Under the pieces are notes generated by a model. The model was not told the origin of the DNA and ran no database searches. It saw only the letters and a program-made list of their open reading frames with translations. From Pseudomonas phage HPP-Temi, in sequence record PP968062.1: a DNA stretch of 64,000 bases; one strand, given 5' to 3'. A program made the translations under genes and the position numbers. Of the stretch, positions 57,097 to 64,000 are shown piece after piece (the first letter of the stretch is position 1; each line of letters begins with the position of its first letter).

Positions 57097-57435
57097 TTAG
57101 CGAGTAACGTACTCGGCCCACTTGATGAGAGTTTCAGCTGCTTCACGATAGAGCTCTGCCGATTCGATGCAACCCCGCGTACCGAAATGCAGGATGACTA
57201 CACCACCGTCATGCACGAATGCATCAAAGTGGAGAATCCCCGGACCCGTACCAACAGCGAACGTCCAGGTCTTTACAGTTTCATCAGCACTGGTGTCACC
57301 GATGATGACCTGAGTACCGTTGCAAAAGTGAGTTCGAGTTTCACTCAAGCAATTCGGATTGGTCGTGATCGTATCGGTTACGACCGTGATGATGGTTTTC
57401 TTCCACAACTCTTGGTAACGCTTATCAACGTCCAT
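57097..57435 (-). CDS. hypothetical protein
   Basis: 112 aa. Confidence 0.55.
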   Translation of the reverse strand: MDVDKRYQELWKKTIITVVTDTITTNPNCLSETRTHFCNGTQVIIGDTSADETVKTWTFAVGTGPGILHFDAFVHDGGVVILHFGTRGCIESAELYREAAETLIKWAEYVTR

Positions 57436-57450
57436 TGACTACCCTCCTTA

Positions 57451-57852
57451 TTACTTGATGCTCGGCATGATCGGTTTGCCATTCTGATCACAGTGGGAAG
57501 AACAGTAAGCAACTGCCTCAGTGAACAGGCTGTTGACTTCCTCCATGTCGGAGATGATGTCATCGGACATCGTACCGCCAACCAGCTGGAAGTCAACACC
57601 GCCAGGAACACCGTAGCTGTATTCCTGAGTGATGTGCCAGATACGATCAGAGACCGTAACTTCAGCACGTACCATGCTCAGACGACGATCGACCGATTCG
57701 TGGTGGAAGGTGACAGTCGCGTCACCGACTTCTACCGTGGGGAGAGCATTGGCAGCTTCACGACGGAAGGAGTTGTTGTAGTAAACGAAGATGGCTTCTG
57801 CTACACGTTGCAGAATGGTGATATGTACACTGGTTTGAATTTCAGCGTTCAT
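57451..57852 (-). CDS. hypothetical protein
   Basis: 133 aa. Confidence 0.55.
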   Translation of the reverse strand: MNAEIQTSVHITILQRVAEAIFVYYNNSFRREAANALPTVEVGDATVTFHHESVDRRLSMVRAEVTVSDRIWHITQEYSYGVPGGVDFQLVGGTMSDDIISDMEEVNSLFTEAVAYCSSHCDQNGKPIMPSIK

Positions 57853-57914
57853 GAGAATTCCTCTATTGATTATCGATGGTCTTCTTTACGTATTTGAATG
57901 ATAGTCTTTCGAAT

Positions 57915-57993
57915 ATCATATTTGTAATGTAGGCTTTTAAAACGTTTAAATACAAAAAAAAAGAAATAAACATGGGGAGCCGAAGCTCCCCTA
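57915..57993 (-). promoter_or_regulatory. conserved promoter-like element (tttgtaatgtaggcttttaaaacgtttaaatac), A9 tract, and terminator hairpin ggggagccgaagctcccc
   Basis: Motif copy together with one of three identical ggggagccgaagctcccc hairpins (57974, 61740, 63673). Confidence 0.5.
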
Positions 57994-57996
57994 TGC

Positions 57997-58557
57997 TTAG
58001 ATAGAACGACACAGGGTAGAATCGAGATTCTGGGTGGATTCCAGGAACACCGAACGCAGATCGATGCCCCAACCACTAATGGCTTCAGCAGCCTCGGGCC
58101 AATATTCGGTACCAAGAGGACTCTCGAAGGCGAAACGAGGGCCGTCGAGATCACGCAGAGTGAACTTGTTAGCATCAATCAGTTCCAGGTGTTGTACCAG
58201 AATGTGGTAGATCACTTGACACAGAATCGACTTACCACGGTGATTACCACCCAGAACCGCGATACGGAGTTCTTTGCTCCACAGTGGATTGATGGCATTG
58301 TTTACCGGGGGAGATACCTTAGTACCACACGGATGAATAGCGTGCTCACTGACAGTCAGATGATAGCCATCAGCCTTGAATCCACTCAAGATTACAGCGG
58401 AATCGAGATCACCATAGTCTTCACGACCATTGTGTATTACTTCGTGGTTAAGACCAAGAGAGGTAAACCCATTAGAAAGCATATTCCGGATAGCCAGGCT
58501 GGTTGCAGGGTCATCAGTGAGAACGAGGATTTGGTTACGTACGTGGTTATACAGCAT
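57997..58557 (-). CDS. hypothetical protein
   Basis: Start at an internal Met with an SD aagga. The track ORF runs to 58644. Confidence 0.55.
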   Translation of the reverse strand: MLYNHVRNQILVLTDDPATSLAIRNMLSNGFTSLGLNHEVIHNGREDYGDLDSAVILSGFKADGYHLTVSEHAIHPCGTKVSPPVNNAINPLWSKELRIAVLGGNHRGKSILCQVIYHILVQHLELIDANKFTLRDLDGPRFAFESPLGTEYWPEAAEAISGWGIDLRSVFLESTQNLDSTLCRSI

Positions 58558-58731
58558 TTTGTTTTTCCTTGATTTCGTTAAAGGTCTTTTCGTAGAGGGG
58601 TGCAGTGAGATGGCTTTCAGGGAACACGGGTGCTCCACTTCCACCTCTTACCCAACGGATGTAGGTAGTGGGGTCAAACAGATTACTGCGATTGATTTTT
58701 ACTGGTCATTGAAATATCCTAGTGGATATAA

Positions 58732-58755
58732 AGCCCAGCCTAAGCTGGGCATTTA
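58732..58755. terminator. hairpin gcccagcctaagctgggc followed by ATTTATG
   Basis: GC stem-loop seen in sequence. Confidence 0.55.
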
Positions 58756-58871
58756 TGTTATCAGATCCAGTCTTCCTCTTTGGTGATGATACCATCGTAT
58801 TCATCAGAAGAAACACCTTCACCAACACCGATGTAGTCTTCCCAAGAATCAGAAACCTTCATAGTCGTCTC

Positions 58872-59177
58872 TCATATAACTTTCCTTACACGGATGGTCA
58901 GTGTTGCGCCATCGTCACTCTTGAAACGGAACAGAGCGGTACCCGGTTCCCAAATCGAAGGAATGACTTTGACGACCCAGTTACGAGCCTTTTTACGGCT
59001 GCGTATATAATGGTCGAGTGCACTGCTAAGCTGCTCCGACCAATGATACTTCTCGAAGTGAGCGATTACCTGGAGGACGTACTCCTTATCACCAACGAAA
59101 GTAGCACGATCGTTCATGTAGTTGGGGATACCAACAGTGAAGACAGCGTGAAGGTGTTGACAAGCGGAAAGGAGCAT
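58872..59177 (-). CDS. hypothetical protein
   Basis: Start at an internal Met with an SD gaggt. The track ORF runs to 59264. The plus-strand ORF 58722..59204 is judged spurious. Confidence 0.5.
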   Translation of the reverse strand: MLLSACQHLHAVFTVGIPNYMNDRATFVGDKEYVLQVIAHFEKYHWSEQLSSALDHYIRSRKKARNWVVKVIPSIWEPGTALFRFKSDDGATLTIRVRKVI

Positions 59178-59435
59178 ACCTATTATAACCTCTGGAGAGT
59201 TTGACTGATGATTTCTATACCGAGCCAGCAACCACTTAAAAAAGCAATCCAGAACCATGTCCAAGGAGAAACCCCTTCGAACAAATTAAACCGTTCTCTT
59301 GGAATAAACTCGACTTGAGGGTCAATTACTCTTTGACTAGGTGGTATAGTGCGAACGATGGGGTCAACCTTTATTTGGATTGGTTCTTTAGCTATCGGCG
59401 GTACCGGTACTAAGGATTGGATATCGCGATAGATA

Positions 59436-60005
59436 TCACGGACGTCCGTAACTCTGGTCGGCGTCTTCGATGAGCTCTGCGTAGTAGTTCGGGTTTCCCA
59501 CGATAGCCTTGTAGGGGGCCTGGACGTACGCCTTGTAGTACTCTTCATCATAGGCAATCCTTGTGTTGATGTCCCCGTTAAAGAGACGATAGGGCTGGGC
59601 ACCGATCTTCTCCGCAAAGGCTCGAACACGAGCAATGGTTACAGGATAACCTTCAAGGCGCTTACGATCGATGGAGTAAAGAACACTCACATCGTAATTG
59701 AAGAAACTGTTAGTAAGAGTGTAACCCTTATCAACAGCTTCATCATAAGTCTTTTCCAGATAGTCCAGTTTGTTATTGACCACAGTGGCCCATTGATTGA
59801 TCCGGAAGTCTTCTTCCTTGATCAAACGAGGAGCATGTTCAATACGACCCTGGGTTTCTGGTTGAATATCGTGAGCGTCCAACCAATGTTTGGCATCGTT
59901 CAGACGCTCGGGGATTACTTGCGGACCCATCGGGGTACTGGCACAGAACTCTTCTATGAATTGTTCTAGTAAACCTTTTCTAGTCAGTTGCTCAAGGATC
60001 TTCAT
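59436..60005 (-). CDS. hypothetical protein
   Basis: Start at an internal Met whose ATG overlaps the upstream stop (ATGA). Confidence 0.6.
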   Translation of the reverse strand: MKILEQLTRKGLLEQFIEEFCASTPMGPQVIPERLNDAKHWLDAHDIQPETQGRIEHAPRLIKEEDFRINQWATVVNNKLDYLEKTYDEAVDKGYTLTNSFFNYDVSVLYSIDRKRLEGYPVTIARVRAFAEKIGAQPYRLFNGDINTRIAYDEEYYKAYVQAPYKAIVGNPNYYAELIEDADQSYGRP

Positions 60006-60562
60006 TTGAAACGCTCCAGGAAAGTCCAACGTTCGTAAGGGCTGTAAACACGCAGACCAGGATTGGTGATCAGTTCGAGTTGGCCGCCTTCTACGTAAGG
60101 ACGCATAGCCAGTACGAAGTCCTCTTCCGCTCCACGGCAGTTGAGATCAACGTCAGGATCGAAGGTGAAGTCTTCTTTGACGAGGGCGATCATCATATTA
60201 CCTTTCAGATCACTGCCGCTATAGACAGGACGAGGGAACAGAACGATCATCTCACCAGCTTTGTAGTCTTTACGACCAGCAGTCATGGTTTCGAACAGAG
60301 TCTCGGTACGGTCACGCAGGTCTTCCACAGTAGTGGGAAGATGGCGACCACGCAAGAACTTAAGACCGAGATCATGGCGATACACGGTAACTACGTCCGG
60401 GTTGAAGTCGAGCTCTTCCGGAGTAGCATCTTCATAACACGCATGCTTGAAGTCTTCAGTCAGACCACACTTACGAACGATGTCAAAAACATCAGTCGGT
60501 TGCAGTGGAGTCTCTTTACGTTTTTCCAGAGGAGATACAGACAGATCAGGAGTTTCGGACAT
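60002..60562 (-). CDS. hypothetical protein
   Basis: 186 aa. Confidence 0.6.
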   Translation of the reverse strand: MSETPDLSVSPLEKRKETPLQPTDVFDIVRKCGLTEDFKHACYEDATPEELDFNPDVVTVYRHDLGLKFLRGRHLPTTVEDLRDRTETLFETMTAGRKDYKAGEMIVLFPRPVYSGSDLKGNMMIALVKEDFTFDPDVDLNCRGAEEDFVLAMRPYVEGGQLELITNPGLRVYSPYERWTFLERFK

Positions 60563-60614
60563 TTGAGTTTCCTAGTTAAGGTTGATAACACATTATCAGA
60601 GAACTGAGTACTTT

Positions 60615-61067
60615 CTAGTCAGTCCTTCTAAAGGCTTCTTTCCATCCCCGTTTCCAATTGTACTTCGGTGATGAGATCTTAGCGAAGCCATCATCGCTCA
60701 TGAAAATGAAGTGATCACGTTCAACGATCTTTACAATCGCATCAGGAGTATCGGCGTTAGCACGAATACATTCCTTAGCCTGCTTAACGTAGTTACCCCA
60801 TTCATCGATGTAACCTTCTTTGATTTCGTCTACTCGTCCAATCCACATACGAGGAGCGAATAGATAACGGAACCAACCGATGAACAGAATGTAGGATAAC
60901 CACACACCCAGTAACAGAGTACAGAACCACAGAGCGGTAAAGAACGTATGTCCGTCACAGGGAGAAGCTGTGGTCAATTCATGCCAACCACGACGAATCC
61001 AACTGATAGGATTCCACCAGACGATCTCCGCTTTAGGTTGACTGGCGTAACGATGGAATAAGGACAT
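60615..61067 (-). CDS. membrane protein
   Basis: 150 aa; TM region TFFTALWFCTLLLGVWLSYILFIGWF. Confidence 0.55.
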   Translation of the reverse strand: MSLFHRYASQPKAEIVWWNPISWIRRGWHELTTASPCDGHTFFTALWFCTLLLGVWLSYILFIGWFRYLFAPRMWIGRVDEIKEGYIDEWGNYVKQAKECIRANADTPDAIVKIVERDHFIFMSDDGFAKISSPKYNWKRGWKEAFRRTD

Positions 61068-61069
61068 AT

Positions 61070-61351
61070 TTAATCCTTCACGTCGAGAATGGTTTCCCAG
61101 GATTTGTCAGTCTTCAGCTGAATCTTGATTTGGTGCGTATACATCGAGTCCGAATATTTCCTGAATACACTTTTCAGAATGTGTTGCCACCAAGGCATGT
61201 AACGACTGTAACTGACAGTGAAATACTGGTTAGGATCGTAAGCTTCTAGAGCTTTACGAATCGTTTCGGCAAAGAAAGCAAACGCATACACGTTGTTATT
61301 ATACAACAGAGCTGCAATAGCTTTCTTAGGGCCGACGAGGTTTACCTTCAT
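61070..61351 (-). CDS. hypothetical protein
   Basis: 93 aa. Confidence 0.5.
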   Translation of the reverse strand: MKVNLVGPKKAIAALLYNNNVYAFAFFAETIRKALEAYDPNQYFTVSYSRYMPWWQHILKSVFRKYSDSMYTHQIKIQLKTDKSWETILDVKD

Positions 61352-61730
61352 GGAAAATGTCCATCACGTCAATGGTGGTACTATACTCAACACGAGCATA
61401 CCCAGGTTCTTCGAAGATGACGATGTTGAATTGACCGTCACGCCAAACAAACTTGAAGTAGTTACGAACTGCACTAATCAGGTCTTCTTGGAACTCAGGA
61501 TGGGCGTGTTCTGCCCGGATGAGTCGACAGATCTTCCAGAGAGCGTTGTCGAACTTGTAGTAGACTCGCCGCCCTTCTTCGCCCATCTCTTCCGACAGAA
61601 TACCGACAGTCTGAAGAATAGGAGAGAGTACAGGATCACTCTTCCAGTTAGTTAGCAGGTAGAGTTCCTCACTATCAAGAGCGCGAGCCAGAAACTTTAG
61701 AGCTTGAGACATGTGGTCACCTTTTAACAA
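61326..61730 (-). CDS. hypothetical protein
   Basis: 134 aa. Confidence 0.55.
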   Translation of the reverse strand: MLKGDHMSQALKFLARALDSEELYLLTNWKSDPVLSPILQTVGILSEEMGEEGRRVYYKFDNALWKICRLIRAEHAHPEFQEDLISAVRNYFKFVWRDGQFNIVIFEEPGYARVEYSTTIDVMDIFHEGKPRRP

Positions 61731-61739
61731 AAAATAAAT

Positions 61740-61763
61740 GGGGAGCCGAAGCTCCCCTTTATG
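61740..61763. terminator. hairpin ggggagccgaagctcccc; on the minus strand it is followed by ATTTATTTTTTGTT
   Basis: GC stem with GAAG loop and a U-rich tail on the minus strand, directly after the stop of the ligase gene. Confidence 0.7.
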
Positions 61764-63128
61764 TCACTCAGCCGAAGCTTGCGCTTCTTTAGCAGCGGCT
61801 TTCTCTTCCTCTTTTTCCTTCTTGAGCAAGTAGCTGTTCGATATGGATTTCCAGGAGAGTACACGTTGGTTGGACTTGAAGACCAGACCTTCGCGGTAGC
61901 CACGTTTGTTCTTGAACGCGGACGGACCTTCAGCCATTGCCAGGACATCTTTAACAGAGGTCTCAGCGGTAGGCTTCCAGGCCGGATCGAATACCGGTAC
62001 GTATTTCAGGCCGAGTTCTTTCACGATGGAACGTGCTTCAGCCGGCAGTAGTTCACGATTGCCATCTTCGTAGACGTTGAACACGAAGTAATCGTAATCG
62101 GCTACTTCTTCAAAGTTATCCTGAATGGACGGGCCAATCAGTTCACCCTGTACGGAGATGTAGCGACCAGTGGTGGCCTGGAAGTTGCGCAGACGTTCGA
62201 TGATCTGCTGTTGATTGGTAACACGTACGAAGTTGTTGTCTTCGATAGCAGTACCTTTTGTCCACAGGGGCCAGATGATACCGTTACGAAGTTTACCTTC
62301 CGGAGTAATCCAGGTCTTCTTGCGGAATACGTTACGGTTACGGATCAGGAAGTTGCCGACCCAGTAACGCAGTTGTTGCAGGAAGCCCCACTTCTCACCA
62401 CCCATACCCAGCTCGTAGTTACGCGAGCAAACGCCAGTACGAACACCTTTATCTTCTACGCAGAACACGGTCATGGAGCTACCATCGAGTTTGTAGGTAA
62501 CTTCCATGTCATCGCCGGCTTCTTTTAGGGTATTGAAAGCAACGGTTTTGTTCTGGATACGATCTTGGTCAGACTTGGTCAGCATTACAGGCCAGGGCTT
62601 CAGCGCGCCACCCAGATCACCAATCAGCTTGACAGCTAGCTTGACGATCCACGGAGCGTTACGTGCAGCGTGAGCTTTCGGTACCATCGGAGGAGCAGAC
62701 TCGTATTTCAGGATACCCAGCTTCAGAGTCAGGTTAGTATCAACCGGCTCGTCTTTGAACTCTTCCGGAATAGGAACCAACAGACCCTGGGACAGCTCTT
62801 TGCGAAGCTTGATGGTTTTCAGACGATGATAGTTCTTACCATCTACACGACGGTTATCGGAACGACGAGCTTCCAGGAAACCGAACAGTGGGATGTTGTC
62901 CAGCGGAAGCAGAGAGTCGATCTCGCAATAGATAGCACGATCGCCTTTCTTGTACTCACCGAGTTTTACGCACAGTTGCCAACCACCAACAATTGCCAGT
63001 TCCAACGCGTCTGCGTTCGGGTGCTTGACTACGTCGTCGATTTCAACGATACGTGCCAGCTTACGAGTTTCTTCTACAACGCCGAAGCCTTCGCGGATCG
63101 GTTTGAGTTCTTCCATTTCGAGAGTCAT
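61764..63128 (-). CDS. ATP-dependent RNA ligase with N-terminal tRNA-binding (Myf/EMAP/CsaA-like OB) domain
   Basis: 454 aa. The N-terminal segment VVKHPNADALELAIVGGWQLCVKLG..GDRAIYCEIDSLLP matches the HPNADKL...VDVG tRNA-binding fold. Nucleotidyltransferase motifs occur in canonical order: I YKLDGSS, III ISVQGELIG, IV REGLVFK, V YLLKKEK. Confidence 0.75.
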   Translation of the reverse strand: MTLEMEELKPIREGFGVVEETRKLARIVEIDDVVKHPNADALELAIVGGWQLCVKLGEYKKGDRAIYCEIDSLLPLDNIPLFGFLEARRSDNRRVDGKNYHRLKTIKLRKELSQGLLVPIPEEFKDEPVDTNLTLKLGILKYESAPPMVPKAHAARNAPWIVKLAVKLIGDLGGALKPWPVMLTKSDQDRIQNKTVAFNTLKEAGDDMEVTYKLDGSSMTVFCVEDKGVRTGVCSRNYELGMGGEKWGFLQQLRYWVGNFLIRNRNVFRKKTWITPEGKLRNGIIWPLWTKGTAIEDNNFVRVTNQQQIIERLRNFQATTGRYISVQGELIGPSIQDNFEEVADYDYFVFNVYEDGNRELLPAEARSIVKELGLKYVPVFDPAWKPTAETSVKDVLAMAEGPSAFKNKRGYREGLVFKSNQRVLSWKSISNSYLLKKEKEEEKAAAKEAQASAE

Positions 63129-63207
63129 TTCAGTTTCCTTATTAACAAGGTTTATGTTTTTCTTTCTTCTGTCTACATAACTGAACGAGTCCAGTCGAAT
63201 TTTCCTA

Positions 63208-63606
63208 TTAGGTATTTACACCCCAGTTGTAGTCGTAGTAGGTTTCACAGAAGGTCTTACCTGCGGTATACTTCATGGTGCAGTTGTTGGAATCAACCAG
63301 AGTCGCTAAGTCTTCGAACGGTACAGGGTGACCACTCATCGGAGAGATGATCGTGTAACCGTTGTAGCGCAGATGATCAACCAGAGCAACCATACCAGTT
63401 TCCAAACCGACATTGTAGATGCGGTTTTCTTTCGGAGTCTCAACGATGTACTGTTCACCAGCAGGAATGTCAGTGATCAGACTACGATCGTCATCGGTAC
63501 GAGCTACATCGGCCATGGTCCGACTGATTTCCCAGCAGAACTCATTGAGTACGGGGTTGGATTCTTGCCATTCTTTCTTTTCTTGCAGACGCTGTTCGCA
63601 GGACAT
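63208..63606 (-). CDS. hypothetical protein
   Basis: Start at an internal Met. The track ORF runs to 63762, into the terminator. Confidence 0.5.
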   Translation of the reverse strand: MSCEQRLQEKKEWQESNPVLNEFCWEISRTMADVARTDDDRSLITDIPAGEQYIVETPKENRIYNVGLETGMVALVDHLRYNGYTIISPMSGHPVPFEDLATLVDSNNCTMKYTAGKTFCETYYDYNWGVNT

Positions 63607-63635
63607 TGTAATTACCTCGTTGTGGATGCAAATAA

Positions 63636-63693
63636 GTAATATAGATCTGAAAAAAATTTTATTGACATAAAGGGGAGCCGAAGCTCCCCCATG
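63636..63693 (-). promoter_or_regulatory. conserved promoter-like element (gtaatatagatctgaaaaaaatttt) and terminator hairpin ggggagccgaagctcccc
   Basis: Near-identical to the cassette at 53735..53800. Confidence 0.5.
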
Positions 63694-63697
63694 TCTA

Positions 63698-63970
63698 TTA
63701 CAGAGATGCAGCAATCCGTTCCCGGATCTTAGCCATCGTGTCGTGTTTGTAGAACTCACCATTCTTGAAGAACAGTTTCAGTTCACCCGATTCGGTTTCC
63801 AAAGCATCCCAACTAAGGTCAGCTTCTTGTTCCAGAACGAACTTACCATCTTCGGTCTTCACTACATGCAGGAAACCTTTAGCCGACTTCTTGGAAGAAG
63901 CAGCTTTAGGATCTTTGTACAGCTCAACGAACTCGTCTTCGATCTGAACAGCAGTAGCTTTGACAGCCAT
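63698..63970 (-). CDS. hypothetical protein
   Basis: 90 aa; a further minus-strand gene continues beyond the window end. Confidence 0.55.
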   Translation of the reverse strand: MAVKATAVQIEDEFVELYKDPKAASSKKSAKGFLHVVKTEDGKFVLEQEADLSWDALETESGELKLFFKNGEFYKHDTMAKIRERIAASL

Positions 63971-64000
63971 GCCGAAAGTATCGCGAGTGTTGTACTGATA

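Noticed and set aside
58722-59204. 160-aa plus-strand ORF in the minus block
   Set aside because: It is antisense to ORF 58872..59177, which has an SD, and to a small acidic ORF. No promoter or SD is in context.
59183-59635. 150-aa minus-strand ORF overlapping gene 59436..60005
   Set aside because: Its 5' two-thirds overlap a better-supported gene in another frame and it is low-complexity (Thr/Arg/Pro-rich). Only the non-overlapping 3' part (59183..59430, hydrophobic C-terminus) might be a small membrane protein, but it has no ATG start there.
63640-63665. Plus-strand TTGACA next to the terminator as a plus-strand promoter
   Set aside because: No plus-strand gene lies downstream. The hexamer sits inside the conserved cassette, which drives minus-strand genes.
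1-64000. CRISPR arrays, integrase/att sites, transposases
   Set aside because: No regularly spaced direct repeats with unique spacers were found. No tyrosine or serine recombinase or transposase-like ORF was seen. The repeated elements present are terminator hairpins and promoter motifs.

Overview
This window looks like a large virulent dsDNA phage (myovirus-like), about 47% GC, not a bacterial chromosome. The evidence is a T4 gp17-like large terminase (1..2190, +), a small reverse block with dihydrofolate reductase (2231..4270, -), a plus-strand block with nrdA and nrdB followed by about ten tRNA genes interleaved with small ORFs, an HNH endonuclease and two lower-GC islands encoding Kelch-repeat and FN3-like proteins (4427..21663), and then a dense 42-kb minus-strand block of about 100 mostly small early-type genes (21712..64000). 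Nearly every operon boundary carries a GC hairpin with a GAAG or UUCG-type loop flanked by T-tracts (intrinsic terminators, several copies identical). Many boundaries also carry a conserved promoter-like motif (GTAATATAG on the plus strand, i.e. CTATATTAC as a -10 on the minus strand). Recognisable functions in the minus block are a BCS1-like AAA+ ATPase, a CX5R dual-specificity phosphatase, an SPFH lipoprotein, a GNAT acetyltransferase, an HD phosphohydrolase, and an ATP-dependent RNA ligase fused to a tRNA-binding (Myf/EMAP-like) domain. Items worth a second look are a possible tRNA-repair capacity (ligase, HD hydrolase, Tpt1-like protein, large tRNA set), a tandem family of small acidic proteins ending in ...VN[ST], a roughly 400-nt highly structured non-coding region (23.08-23.50 kb), atypical tRNA-like genes, and Kelch/FN3 islands. 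All calls come from reading the sequence and motifs only; no searches were run, and hand-derived coordinates for tRNAs and hairpins may be off by a base or two.
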